Assembly (NCBI GenBank): GCA_965204535.1
Contig: OZ241996.1
Location: 928,001-992,000, forward strand
Direction of reading: 5' to 3'
Length of the DNA: 64,000 nucleotides
Source: a bacterium
GTDB lineage: Bacteria > UBA8248
The stretch's first letter is position 1. Each line of letters begins with the position of its first letter. The notes under the pieces were generated by a model. That model saw nothing but the letters and a program-made list of their open reading frames with translations. It had not been told where the DNA came from and made no database searches. Of this stretch, positions 21,146 through 31,199 are shown piece after piece. The position numbers and the translations under genes were made by a program.

Positions 21146-22138
21146 TCAGAAGCCTTTCACGACCTCGTCGGGCACCTTCACGCCGCGTTCTTTCCAGTAA
21201 CGCGCGGCGGCGGGGTGCACCCAGATCTTGTGCACCTTGAGGGCGTTGAAGTTGCCGCTCAGGTCACGCCAGTAGCGCGCCGTCTTGGTCAGCTGCTTGA
21301 GGTTCTCGGGCGAGGCGATGACCTTGAGCATGTTGTAAACGGCGTCGTTGGACATCTGCTTGTGGGCGATCCACCAGACGTCGTAGGCGATGGAGCGCGC
21401 CGGCGCTTTCATTCCGATGACTTCTTTCTGAACGGGAATGGTGATCGGCACGTAAAACTTGTGAGCGCTGGTCACATTCTTCTGCTCGGCCTCGCTCAGG
21501 CTGATGTAGCGCACCGGCTTCTGGATGGAGAGCCGGGTGAGGGCCGGGATGGTGAAGGGCGCGCCGGCGGAGCAGTACACGTCGATCTGGCGGTCGCCCA
21601 GGGCGCGGCCCGAGGCGGAGAAGCCCAGGTAGCGCGGCTGAATCTTGTCGAGGAGCCCGACGGCGGCGAAGATGTTCTTGCAGTTCACGTGGCTGCCCGT
21701 TCCCTGCTTGAGCAGGTTCACCCGCTTGCCGGCCATGTCCTTGTAGGACTTGATGGGGCTGTCCGCCAGCACGGCGATGATCTGCGACTGCGCGCGGACG
21801 TTGGCGACGATGCGGAAGTCCTTGTTGGCGCCGTCTTTCTTGAACAGGCCGGTGCCCGTCCAGGACTGGTAGACCTGGCCGACATGGCCCCACGAGGTGG
21901 CGAACTCGCCCAGGCTCACGCGGCGGACGTTGGCCACCGAACCGGCCGAGGGGGAATACTGGAAGTAGAACTTCCGTCCGACCTTTCGGTTCAGAAGCTG
22001 GGTTCCCGCGCTGATGGAGGGATGCCACGCGCCGCCGGAGGGGCCTCCGCCGAAGCGATAGCGTTCGGCCGCATCGACCGCGCCGAAGGTAAACGCCACG
22101 GCTGCCGCCACTGTTGCCAGGAATGCGAATTTCTTCAT
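21146..22138 (-). CDS. TAXI-family TRAP solute receptor
   Basis: Signal peptide, GGGPSGGAW, SAGSVAN, HPAAARYWKE. Confidence 0.92.
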   Translation of the reverse strand: MKKFAFLATVAAAVAFTFGAVDAAERYRFGGGPSGGAWHPSISAGTQLLNRKVGRKFYFQYSPSAGSVANVRRVSLGEFATSWGHVGQVYQSWTGTGLFKKDGANKDFRIVANVRAQSQIIAVLADSPIKSYKDMAGKRVNLLKQGTGSHVNCKNIFAAVGLLDKIQPRYLGFSASGRALGDRQIDVYCSAGAPFTIPALTRLSIQKPVRYISLSEAEQKNVTSAHKFYVPITIPVQKEVIGMKAPARSIAYDVWWIAHKQMSNDAVYNMLKVIASPENLKQLTKTARYWRDLSGNFNALKVHKIWVHPAAARYWKERGVKVPDEVVKGF

Positions 22139-22444
22139 TACAAACTCCTTTTGATGGTGAAAACGTGCACACGAAATTTTGATGATGACGACTCATCACC
22201 ACATGAACGCCTGTGTCTTTTCAGAGTTCCCCGTGAACTCAAGTCCTCTATCTTCTCATGCTATCCGTCCCGCCGTCCGCTCGGACAGGGCGTGCGATTT
22301 TGCTTGCCTGATGAGAATGCCTCATTATCTCCGCTGAAAACTCCGTGTCAAGACCTCCGGCCGCCCGCGCGGCGAACGCGCAGGTCCGCTCCTGTGCGAA
22401 TAATCCCCCACACGCCTCACTTTCAAGGGGACAGTCCCCACATG

Positions 22445-22558
22445 CCTCACCCTGAGTAGCGGCGGAGCCGCGTATCGAAGGGCGCTCCCCTCGCCGCCGG
22501 GAGAGATGGCTCGGCATCCATCCTTCGATACGACCCTCCGGGTCTACTCAGGATGAGG
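22445..22558. repeat. Palindromic element CCTCACCCTGAGTAG...CTACTCAGGATGAGG
   Basis: Nested inverted arms including CGTATCGAAGG/CCTTCGATACG; partial copy at ~23001. Confidence 0.7.
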
Positions 22559-22654
22559 CGGGGGTGGCCCTTCGGGTCTGCTCGGTAATGAGGGTGGCTT
22601 GTTTGACGGGGCCGGGGGATGAGGTTGCATGGAGTTGTTTATAGGGGCCCGCAT

Positions 22655-23360
22655 GGGGCTGTTGAAAAAGTCCGAGAAGAAATGAACCACTCCTCCCTGA
22701 GGGGTTGTTAAAAAAGGCCCGATAAACGAGGGTTCGATGCAACCGACGAGAAGAAAGCCTGTGGGGGCCGTTCGCGAACGGCCCCTACGCCGCCTCGACC
22801 CGTAGATCGTCGTCATTCCGGCGCATGCCGGAATCCAGGGACTTTGTTTTTGAATTTGCTTTTTCGCTTTATCGTTTTTCTTGGTCTTCCTGTGACTCGG
22901 TATCCCCGTCTGCTCTGGATTTCGGCTTTCGCCGGAATGACGGTGGTTTTCCCGCATTGAGGGGCTTTTTCAACAACCCTTGAGGGAACAGCCTCCCATG
23001 CCTCACGCTGAGTAGCGGTCGAAAGTAAAACGCGACTGAGAAGGGGTTGTTGAAAAAGTCCACCGAGGAGGGAGGGAATCCCGATCATCGAATTGTTCAT
23101 CGTAGGGACAGGCCTCCGTGCCTGTCCGAAACCCTGCGCCTGTCCTCATGAAGGACAACCACGGAGGGTTGTCCCTACGGGCTCGATCCCAATGAATGCG
23201 AAATGGTTTCACCCGTAGGGGCGGCCCCCCGTGGCCGCCCGTATCGGAAATATCGGTCCCCGTGGTTGCGCTTCACAGGGACAGGCACAGGGGCCTGTCC
23301 CTACCCTCCGATGGTTCCTTTCGCTAAATCATGATGTCAGGACTTTTTCAACAACCCCGA
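22655..23360. repeat. Composite repeat cluster
   Basis: GTTGTTGAAAAA/TTTTTCAACAAC pairs, GTCATTCCGGC...GCCGGAATGAC pair, GTAG REP pairs. Confidence 0.85.
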
Positions 23361-23535
23361 GAAAGGAGCGTTTGTATCGAAGGGCGCGCTACTGGTCGCC
23401 TTGCGGGGAGCGGTCCCGGAAGAAAGAGCATTTTCTGCCGATGTGTGATAAGGAATAGGGGATCGGAACAATCCATTGTCCATTTTTTGAGATAACGACG
23501 AGGCGCACGGCGCCCCAATTCGATGGGAGAAGAAG

Positions 23536-24516
23536 ATGAAGGCGATACACGTGCATGAATTCGGCGGCCCAGAGGTGATGGTGCTCGAAGATGCGGCGGA
23601 CCCGGCGCCCGGGGCGGGCCAGATACTGGTGGACGTGAAGGCGGCGGGTGTGAACCCCGTGGACACCACCTTCCGCTCGGGCGCGCATCCGCTCTCGAAG
23701 AGCCTGGCCCTGCCCTGGACGCCCGGCATCGACGCGGCGGGCGACGTGACGGCCGTGGGCGAGGGGGTGAGCGGCTTCTCCACCGGTGACAGGGTGTTCG
23801 GCGCGGCGGTGAGCGGCGCTTATGCCGAAAAGGCGCTCCTGAATCCCTTCCGCACGGCGAAACTGCCGGACAACCTCTCCTATGAGGAGGGCGCGTCCCT
23901 GCCGGTGGTCCTGTACACGGCGTATTACGCGCTGATTTACAAGGCGCAGATCAAGGCGGGCGAGACGGTGCTCATCCACGCGGGCGCAGGCGGCGTGGGC
24001 TGCATGGGGATTCAGATCGCAAAAGCCGCCGGGGCGCGCGTCATCACGACGGTGAGTTCAGAAGATAAGGCCGCGTTTTGCCGCGGGTTCGGCGCCGACG
24101 TGGTTGTCAACTACCGCGAGGAGGATGTCGCCGAGCGCTGCCTGGCCGAGACCGGCGGCGTCGGTGTGGATTCGGTGATCGAGATGGTGGCGGTGGAGAA
24201 TTTCGACGCCGACTGCCGGGCGGTCAAGAAATACGGCACGATCGTCGTGCTCGGCGCGGGCACCGGCAAGAACCCGGTGGGTTCGGTGAACTATCCGCCG
24301 TTTTATTCAAAAGACATCGACGTGCGCGGATTGAGCCTGTTCAACTCAGACCCCGTATTCCCGGAGATGATTCGCCAGCTGGACCTCATGCTGGCCGACG
24401 GCAGGGTGCGCGCCTCGGTGGGGGAGACGATGCCGCTTGCGGATGCGCCTCGCGCTCACGACGTGCTGATGACCGGGAAAGTCTTCGGGAAAATCGTGCT
24501 GACGATGGGTGGATAG
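23536..24516 (+). CDS. NADPH:quinone oxidoreductase (zeta-crystallin/MDR)
   Basis: FGGPEV, GVNPVD, HAGAGGVG, GKIVL. Confidence 0.92.
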   Translation: MKAIHVHEFGGPEVMVLEDAADPAPGAGQILVDVKAAGVNPVDTTFRSGAHPLSKSLALPWTPGIDAAGDVTAVGEGVSGFSTGDRVFGAAVSGAYAEKALLNPFRTAKLPDNLSYEEGASLPVVLYTAYYALIYKAQIKAGETVLIHAGAGGVGCMGIQIAKAAGARVITTVSSEDKAAFCRGFGADVVVNYREEDVAERCLAETGGVGVDSVIEMVAVENFDADCRAVKKYGTIVVLGAGTGKNPVGSVNYPPFYSKDIDVRGLSLFNSDPVFPEMIRQLDLMLADGRVRASVGETMPLADAPRAHDVLMTGKVFGKIVLTMGG

Positions 24517-24547
24517 CCGCCGTATCGCGGTCGCCTGGTGAACCCAC

Positions 24548-24973
24548 ATGAATGAAGACGCGATTCAGCCGGGAATCGAGGGGACGTATTCCGTCGTCGT
24601 GGCGGATGAGCACGTGCCCCTGCACCTCCGCGGTACGAACGCAGAGGTGGTGGCGACGCCCGAACTGGTGCGCTTCATGGAAAAGGCCGCCATGGACGCG
24701 CTGGCGGCGCACCTGGGGCCTGATGAGACGAGCGTGGGGACGAAGGTTTCGCTCACCCACATGGCGGGAACGCCCAAGGGGATGCGGGTTAAGGCGCGGG
24801 CGCGGCTGGTCGAGCGTGACCGCAGGCGCTGCACCTTCGAGGTGGAGATACATGACGAGGTCGAACTCGTCGCCCGGGGGACGAACGAGCGCTTCATCGT
24901 GCCCCGTGAGCGCAAGAATGAAAAACTGATGCAGAAGATAGAAAAAGTAAATAAACAAATACAAAACAGTTAA
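24548..24973 (+). CDS. FlK-like hotdog thioesterase
   Basis: VATPELVRFME and SVGTKVSLTH supply the Thr/Glu/His set typical of this family. Confidence 0.85.
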   Translation: MNEDAIQPGIEGTYSVVVADEHVPLHLRGTNAEVVATPELVRFMEKAAMDALAAHLGPDETSVGTKVSLTHMAGTPKGMRVKARARLVERDRRRCTFEVEIHDEVELVARGTNERFIVPRERKNEKLMQKIEKVNKQIQNS

Positions 24974-25009
24974 ATAACACATATAATTCATGTGATTTCA
25001 AGGAAAGAC

Positions 25010-26182
25010 ATGGACGGGCTGGAAGGAATTCGGGTGCTGGACCTCACGCATTACGTGGCGGGGCCGTTCTGCACGCTGATGATGGGGGACGCGGGCGCGG
25101 ACGTGGTGAAGCTCGAACCGCCCGAGGGCGACCGCGTGCGGAATTTTCCGTCTTCCTTCGCCGGAGAGAGCAGGCTGTTCCTGGGGCTGAACCGCAGCAA
25201 GCGCAGCCTCGCCCTGAATCTGCGGGCGGAGCAGGGCAGGGAGATCGCCAAAAAACTGGCCGCGCAAGCCGACGTGTTCGTAGAGGGCTACCGCCCCGGC
25301 GCGGTCGAGAAGTTCGGCCTCGGCGCGGACGCCCTGATGCGCGAAAACCCCCGTCTCATCTATCTCTCGGTCTCCGCCTACGGGCAGGGCGGCCCCCTGC
25401 GCGAACGGCGAGGCATCGACCCCATCATCCAGACCACGGCCGGCATTCCCGCCGAGCAGGGCGGGGGCGGCGCGCCCGAACTCGTGCAGGGTTCTTTCGT
25501 GGACTACATGACGGGCGCGCTCGCGTACGGCGCGGTGATGATGGCGCTCTACGTCCGGGAGCGCACGGGCGAGGGCCAGCGGGTCGACGCATCGCTCCTG
25601 GGCGGGGCGACGGCCATGCAGTTCGGACGCCTCATGTGGGCGAGTGATTCAGAGCCCGTCTCGGAGGTGGAAGACGCCCTGAACGACCGCATCGCCCGCG
25701 TGTATGAAGTCTCCGACGGCCATATCTATCTCTACATGGACGTGGACGGCTTCTGGGAGAAATCCTCAGAAATTCTGGGTCTTCCCGAACTGCTCGAAGA
25801 AGAGGCCTGGCGGACCTTCCGGGGAAGGCACGATGCGAGAGGCGTCATCATCCCCCTGGTGCAGGAGGTTCTGCGCACGGCGCCGGGCGAGGAATGGGTG
25901 CGCAAGTTCGAGGGCGAGGGCGTGCCCTGCGCACGCGTGCGAAAGCCCACGGATCTGTATGAGGACCCGCAGATGAAGGCGATGGGCTATCTGGCGCGGG
26001 CCGAGCATCCCGAATACGGGGTGTTGCAGCTCGGCGGCGTGCCCGTGAAGTTCGACAAGACGCCCTCTTCGGTGCGCAGGCCGCCGCCCGTGCTCGGCCA
26101 GCATTCCGATGAGGTGCTGCGCGAACTCGGCTTATCAGTTGAGGAAATTGCCGCTCTCAGGAGGGAGGACGTCGTCCGCTAG
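25010..26182 (+). CDS. CaiB/BaiF family III CoA-transferase
   Basis: LEGIRVLDLT, AGPFC, NRSKRS, D of FVDY, PPPVLGQH. Confidence 0.92.
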   Translation: MDGLEGIRVLDLTHYVAGPFCTLMMGDAGADVVKLEPPEGDRVRNFPSSFAGESRLFLGLNRSKRSLALNLRAEQGREIAKKLAAQADVFVEGYRPGAVEKFGLGADALMRENPRLIYLSVSAYGQGGPLRERRGIDPIIQTTAGIPAEQGGGGAPELVQGSFVDYMTGALAYGAVMMALYVRERTGEGQRVDASLLGGATAMQFGRLMWASDSEPVSEVEDALNDRIARVYEVSDGHIYLYMDVDGFWEKSSEILGLPELLEEEAWRTFRGRHDARGVIIPLVQEVLRTAPGEEWVRKFEGEGVPCARVRKPTDLYEDPQMKAMGYLARAEHPEYGVLQLGGVPVKFDKTPSSVRRPPPVLGQHSDEVLRELGLSVEEIAALRREDVVR

Positions 26183-26320
26183 CGGATTTTACTTTCGAGT
26201 CGGGTGGATTGACCGAAGAATGTCGACGCGCTCGGTATTCCGCCCGAATCCAGGACAGATAAATTTCCCGGCGAAACTTCTTTTTGCCATTTTCATCAAA
26301 CATCAAACGTGGAGAGTAAA

Positions 26321-27541
26321 ATGATTCGCAGACTACGCACCGAAAGAGACAACCAGCAGTGGATGCTCGACCTGGCCCTGAACATGAGGGGCCGCGTCCA
26401 GAACTTCGAGCGCGATTACTTGGAAGTCCCCCAGGGCAAGCGCGCCCACAACTACCAGATGCTGCCCAAGGTCTGGCGCGAGTCCGCGGAATTTCACGAG
26501 ACACTCGGCAAGAAGGCCCAGCGAGAGGGGTTCGACGCCACGGCCACGGAGCACTACGACCACGCCATCGAGGCCTACCGCATGGCGCAGCACCCGATCT
26601 TCTACGACGACAACCCGGTGAAGATCTACCTGTGCAACAAGCTGAAGGAAATGGTCGACAGGCGCTCGGAGACGGCGTCTTATCCCATCGAGCGCGTCGA
26701 GGTGCCCTTCGACGACGGCAAGACGATCTCCTGCCTCCTGCACCTGCTTCCCGACCGGAGAAAAGCGCCCTGCATCATCTACGTGCCGGGCATGGATCAG
26801 AGCAAAGAAGTATTCCCCCACGCGCGGCACAACGTGGCGGCGGACAGGGGCTTTCACGTCATTGCGATGGACGGTCCGGGGCAGGGCAACTCCAACATCC
26901 AGAAGATCCGCGCCGTCGGCGACAACTACGAGCGCGCGGGTGCTGCGGTGATGGACTACCTCCTCGGGCGCGAGGAGGTCGAACCCACCAAGATCGGCAT
27001 CTACGGCATCAGCATGGGGAGCTTCTGGTCGCTCCGCCTGGCGAGCTACGACCACCGGGCGGCGGCGGTGGCGAGTGCGGTGGCGTGTTTCAACCCGAAC
27101 AACACCATCTTCACGCAGTCCTCGCCTCGCTTCAAGCAGGTGTTCATGTACATGGCGGGGATGGACGATGAGGACGCGTTCGACGAGATGGCGCGCAACA
27201 TGACCGTCAAGGGCTATATGGACAAGGTGCAGTGCCCCACGCTGCTCGTGACGGGCGAATTCGACCCGCTCTGCCCGCTCGAGGACGCCATCGAGGTGTA
27301 TGAGGATTTGACGTGCAAGAAGGAGATGTGGGTGTTCGAGAACCAGTTCCACCCCCTCGTGAACCTCTCGAACCTGGGCGGCGTGGACAACCACCAGTAC
27401 ATTCTCGACTGGCTGCACCGCGCCCTGATAGGCGAGAGCGTAAGCGACGACCGCATCGCCTACGTCAAGGAGAACGGCGACGGCCCCTTCGGCGAGTGCG
27501 AGTGGACGCCGCCCGTAAGGCCCGGCGAGGTGTATTTCTAG
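26321..27541 (+). CDS. Alpha/beta hydrolase, FrsA / 2,6-dihydroxypseudooxynicotine-hydrolase-like
   Basis: PGMDQSKE, DGPGQG, GISMG, GEFDPL, QFH. Confidence 0.8.
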   Translation: MIRRLRTERDNQQWMLDLALNMRGRVQNFERDYLEVPQGKRAHNYQMLPKVWRESAEFHETLGKKAQREGFDATATEHYDHAIEAYRMAQHPIFYDDNPVKIYLCNKLKEMVDRRSETASYPIERVEVPFDDGKTISCLLHLLPDRRKAPCIIYVPGMDQSKEVFPHARHNVAADRGFHVIAMDGPGQGNSNIQKIRAVGDNYERAGAAVMDYLLGREEVEPTKIGIYGISMGSFWSLRLASYDHRAAAVASAVACFNPNNTIFTQSSPRFKQVFMYMAGMDDEDAFDEMARNMTVKGYMDKVQCPTLLVTGEFDPLCPLEDAIEVYEDLTCKKEMWVFENQFHPLVNLSNLGGVDNHQYILDWLHRALIGESVSDDRIAYVKENGDGPFGECEWTPPVRPGEVYF

Positions 27542-27644
27542 GGGGAGCCGAGAGGCGGGGAACTGAGCGTTACTCCGCTGTCTTGATGGGTTTTTGGGGT
27601 TCACTTCCCTCTTGAGGATTGTTGCCGACCGAGGAGAGAAGAAA

Positions 27645-27981
27645 TTCACTCCCCCCTTGAGGGGTCTGTTGAAAAACCCCTCGTCGGGGGGGATGTTGCC
27701 TTTGGCGGGAAGGCCGCTTTCGCGCGAACCCCCGACCTCCTTCGTCGAAAACCAACCCCCCCTACCCCCCCTTGACAGGGGGGTATAAAAAGACGATGCG
27801 CCCCCGCTAGGCTGAGGGGTTTGCCTTTTCTTACCCCCCTGTCAAGGGGGGGTAGGGGGGGTTGCTCTTTTAAGGAAGGTTTTTTCTACAACCCTCAAGG
27901 GGGGAGTTTATCTTGCTCCCTTGCGAACATTGCGGGAAGGATTGCGTTTTATAGGTAGCGCTCCCTTCTTGGGAGCGCTAC
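27645..27981. repeat. Nested composite repeat plus GTAGCGCTCCC...GGGAGCGCTAC palindrome
   Basis: CACTCCCCCCTTGAGGGG | TGTTGAAAAA ... TTTCTACAA | CCCTCAAGGGGGGAGT enclosing a CCCCCCTACCCCCCCTTG pair. Confidence 0.85.
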
Positions 27982-27994
27982 AGACATGCGGCCC

Positions 27995-28042
27995 TTAAAG
28001 ATGGCCGGGAGAGGAAAGGGTGGCCTCAAGAACGACCCGCAC
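27995..28042 (-). pseudogene. Possible truncated PIN-toxin remnant (MRVVLEATLSSPGHL*)
   Basis: GTG start overlapping the RHH gene end; resembles the MRVVLD PIN N-terminus, stops after 15 aa. Confidence 0.45.
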
Positions 28043-28262
28043 GCGCGGCGTCCACTTCCTCGTCGATTAGATCGAGGAGGTCCTGCTGGTCAAGTCGGGC
28101 GTTGCGCTCCTTGACCTGGCTGACGGTGAGTTCCAAAACGCGGCGTCGCACGGCTTCATCCACGAAGCGGGAGAGGTCTCCTTTCTTGCCGCCGTTTCGC
28201 GCAAGAAAGGTTCGGACCGCGCGGTCGGTTTCTTCGGGGATGGAAAGGTTCCATCGGGTCAT
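28026..28262 (-). CDS. Ribbon-helix-helix protein (antitoxin-like)
   Basis: MTRWNLSI...GGKKGDLSRFVDEAV; GGAG RBS. Confidence 0.8.
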   Translation of the reverse strand: MTRWNLSIPEETDRAVRTFLARNGGKKGDLSRFVDEAVRRRVLELTVSQVKERNARLDQQDLLDLIDEEVDAARAGRS

Positions 28263-28408
28263 GGGCCAGTCTCCTGCGCATATGCACATAAGCGCATACA
28301 CACCTATCTTATCGAAACTTGGTTCTCTCCGTCAAATTTCCGCCTGCTGAATGATCTTGGCTTCCCGCGGCCCCGGCGAGGTGTATTTCTAGGGGTGATC
28401 AGAGGCGG

Positions 28409-28798
28409 TTACCGGACTCTCGTAACATATCTGCCCACCCGAACCGTGCGGTCGGGCGTCAGTGTGACTTCGAGAACCTGACCGGCGAGGTCGACCTCCG
28501 CCAATTGAACCAGGGCGTGCTCGAACAGCTTCGTTTGGACGTTCAAGCTCATGAGCCCGTGCGCTACGTTGATGCAGACGAGACCGGGGTGGCCGCGCTC
28601 CCGTTCCATGAGCGACGTGAAATCCACTGCGTCGTTCGTCACGAGCACAAATCCGTCTCGAATGGCACGCCGGACGAGGAGCCAGTTCTTTCGGGACCTC
28701 AATCCGATCCAGTTCACGTGCGTCGATTCCGGAAACCCCCGTTTCCGGGCGATGGCCGCGAGCGCAGGGCTCAGGCATTCGTCGATGAGAAACTTCAC
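28409..28798 (-). CDS. DUF5615 PIN-like toxin
   Basis: KFLIDECLSP, LVTNDAVDF, HPGLV; start overlaps DUF433 stop (GTGA). Confidence 0.85.
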   Translation of the reverse strand: MKFLIDECLSPALAAIARKRGFPESTHVNWIGLRSRKNWLLVRRAIRDGFVLVTNDAVDFTSLMERERGHPGLVCINVAHGLMSLNVQTKLFEHALVQLAEVDLAGQVLEVTLTPDRTVRVGRYVTRVR

Positions 28799-29418
28799 CG
28801 GCTCGGAGGCAATTCCCGGAAATCGACCTCGCTCGATATGACCGGTTTTCGGCTGCGCCAGAAGGGTCCTTGACGGGGGCGGCCGCGGCGCGGGTAGGCC
28901 CGGGCATAGAGGGCCGCGGCTTCGATCTGGGCTTCCACGAGGGAGGGGTAAGCCGCGCGGACGGCGTCCACGCCGTCGCCGCCAGCGAGCATTTCGGCGA
29001 TATCGTGAACGGGTATGCGGGTTCCCTTGATGCACGCTGTACCGGAAAGTACGGCCTCATCGGACGCGATCATCTTGCGCGCCCTCGCCAGCCTGGAAAG
29101 CCCTCTGCGCACTTGGCCCTTCATGGGCCGCACGTCGACGGACACGTTGTTCTCACGGGCCGTCCCGGCCTTCGGATTCTCGAGAAGATAGCGCACGAGC
29201 CGACGGCGTCCGTCGAGGGTGAGGGTGTCCGTCGTCTCGTGGGCGAGCTTGAGGCCCACCAGGCCGTCGTAAAGGATGAAGCGGGAGCCCTTTTGGCTTT
29301 CCGCGGCGGCGCCCAGAAGGCCCGAGTCGATGATGCGGTGCACCTGTTTCAGAGGTACGCCGGTGACACAGGCCGCCTCGTTCGCCGACATGGCCCGGTC
29401 CGCAATGCCAGTCGCCAT
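28795..29418 (-). CDS. DUF433-domain antitoxin with N-terminal HTH
   Basis: SGTACIKGTRIPV...AYPSL...IEAAALYA. Confidence 0.88.
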   Translation of the reverse strand: MATGIADRAMSANEAACVTGVPLKQVHRIIDSGLLGAAAESQKGSRFILYDGLVGLKLAHETTDTLTLDGRRRLVRYLLENPKAGTARENNVSVDVRPMKGQVRRGLSRLARARKMIASDEAVLSGTACIKGTRIPVHDIAEMLAGGDGVDAVRAAYPSLVEAQIEAAALYARAYPRRGRPRQGPFWRSRKPVISSEVDFRELPPSR

Positions 29419-29658
29419 TATCTTTCCTCCATTCTGGAAAGAATATAGCCCATCGTGGATCAAAATGCCAGCCCGCTTACGCCGTGGGCCGGCTCCCTGA
29501 CCCTGGCCAAGACGAAGAGGGATATCGGATCTGCATGAGGCTCCAGAACATATGAAAGGAACTGGCCGTCCCGCCGGACACTTCACGCAACGCGGGCGGC
29601 GCTTTTCGCTCGCCTGGTGTAGAATCCCGCGAAACCGGACGTTTCACGGGAGGCGCGC

Positions 29659-30174
29659 ATGTTTTCTATCGCCCTGATAGCACTGCTTTTGCCGCTCGTT
29701 CCCGCCGGAGGCGCGTCCGCCGCACAGCCCGTCTCCGAGTGCAACCCGGCGATGGTCGGCGAGTGGATTTGCGGGGAGATCCGGTACCTGAAAATATCCT
29801 TTGAGGTGGGTGAAGACGCGATTACGAGAGTGACCTTCGTAGACGCTTCGGTTTCCGGAGAGGGGCGCGGGCGCAAAACGCACACGGAAATCGTGGACGG
29901 GAAGGTCCATGCTCTTGAGAACGGCGCCCGGTACGCCTCTTCGTGCAACCATAGAATCGGCCCGAGGGGCCATAAAATTTATCGACGCGCCGCCCGGGAT
30001 GATACCACCGGAAGGGTTCTCATCGGGGATTACATCGTCCTGGAAGACGGGCGAATGCTCATCGGCCTGTTCGGCGATGGAAAGATGGAAGGCTACGATG
30101 TCAAGAATTCCTCCAGGCCGAACGAGCCGGACCACATCGTCGAGTGCATCAGGTGTAAAAAAACCGGCTGTTGA
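29659..30174 (+). CDS. Hypothetical secreted protein
   Basis: GGAGG RBS and signal-peptide-like N-terminus; no recognised domain. Confidence 0.5.
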   Translation: MFSIALIALLLPLVPAGGASAAQPVSECNPAMVGEWICGEIRYLKISFEVGEDAITRVTFVDASVSGEGRGRKTHTEIVDGKVHALENGARYASSCNHRIGPRGHKIYRRAARDDTTGRVLIGDYIVLEDGRMLIGLFGDGKMEGYDVKNSSRPNEPDHIVECIRCKKTGC

Positions 30175-30287
30175 GGCCTTGCCGGCCGGATCGATTCTGC
30201 CGTTTGGCGGCGCGGCGACTATCGCCCGGGTGAACGCGCAAGCGGCGTGCGCCAAGTGAGTCAGCAAGCCTAACCCTGGAGAATTTC

Positions 30288-31163
30288 TTGAACCCCTTGC
30301 TGGCTTCGTTCTTCGCGCTCGCCTCCTCAGTGCTGTTCGCCGTCTTCAGCGTCATGGCGCGAAGGTACATGCGCTACACGAGCGCCTTCACGGGCAGCCT
30401 CATCACGCTGAGCATCGGCACGGTGGTTCTGGTCGCGATCTCGGCCTTTCTTTCCCCGTGGAGGGAGCTCACGCTGCCGGTCGCCCTGTGGTTTCTGGCG
30501 GGCGGTGCGCTCGCGCCCGGATTGGCGCAGGCGCTCATGTTCCTGAGCATCGGTTATATCGGGGTGGGCCGCGCCATGCCGCTCATCACGGTGACGCCTT
30601 TTTTCTCCACCCTCGTGGCGATGGCCTGGCTCGGCGAGCGGCCGGGCGTCGTGGTCCTGGCGGCGACGCTCTTCGTCGTCGCGGGATGCGTCCTGCTGGC
30701 GCTCAGGAGAGAAGGCGAGAAACCCTGGCGGCGGATTTTCATCCTCATGCCGATGGCGCACGCCGTATCGTTCGCCTTCGCCGCGTCCATCAGAAAACAC
30801 GTGCTCGCCCTCATGCCCGAACCGCTGCTGGGCGCCACGCTTTCCTATGCGATCTCCATCCCCGTGCTGTTCGTGTTCTATCCCTTCCTGCCCGAAGACG
30901 AGCGGCTCTCCTTCAACCGCGCGGGCGTGAAGGGGTTCGCGGTGGCGGGCTCGATTCTCACGCTTTCTTTTTTCTGCCATTTCACGTCGTACCGCTACGG
31001 GGACGTGTCGATCATCGCGCCCATCGTGTATACGGCGCCGCTGTTCTCCCTGCTGCTCGCGCGGATATGGCTCAAGGGGGAAGAAGAGATTACCTGGCAG
31101 AAAACGGTGGGCGCGGTCTTGTTGTTCATCGGGATGGTGGTGATCATCTGGCAGGCGGCGTGA
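30288..31163 (+). CDS. DMT/EamA family transporter
   Basis: ~10 TM segments, WLGERP, GDVSIIAP. Confidence 0.88.
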   Translation: MNPLLASFFALASSVLFAVFSVMARRYMRYTSAFTGSLITLSIGTVVLVAISAFLSPWRELTLPVALWFLAGGALAPGLAQALMFLSIGYIGVGRAMPLITVTPFFSTLVAMAWLGERPGVVVLAATLFVVAGCVLLALRREGEKPWRRIFILMPMAHAVSFAFAASIRKHVLALMPEPLLGATLSYAISIPVLFVFYPFLPEDERLSFNRAGVKGFAVAGSILTLSFFCHFTSYRYGDVSIIAPIVYTAPLFSLLLARIWLKGEEEITWQKTVGAVLLFIGMVVIIWQAA

Positions 31164-31199
31164 GGCCTGCGGGCGCGGACGAAAAACGAGGTATGCATA

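Larger units (their letters stand above)
27521..28395 (+). repeat. 24-bp direct repeat CCCGGCGAGGTGTATTTCTAGGGG (27521..27544 and 28372..28395)
   Basis: Exact duplication of the hydrolase 3' end, including its stop codon. Confidence 0.9.

Noticed and set aside
24920-24995. AT-rich patch as a recombination site or foreign insert
   Set aside because: Mostly the Lys/Asn/Gln-rich thioesterase tail plus a short spacer; no repeat structure
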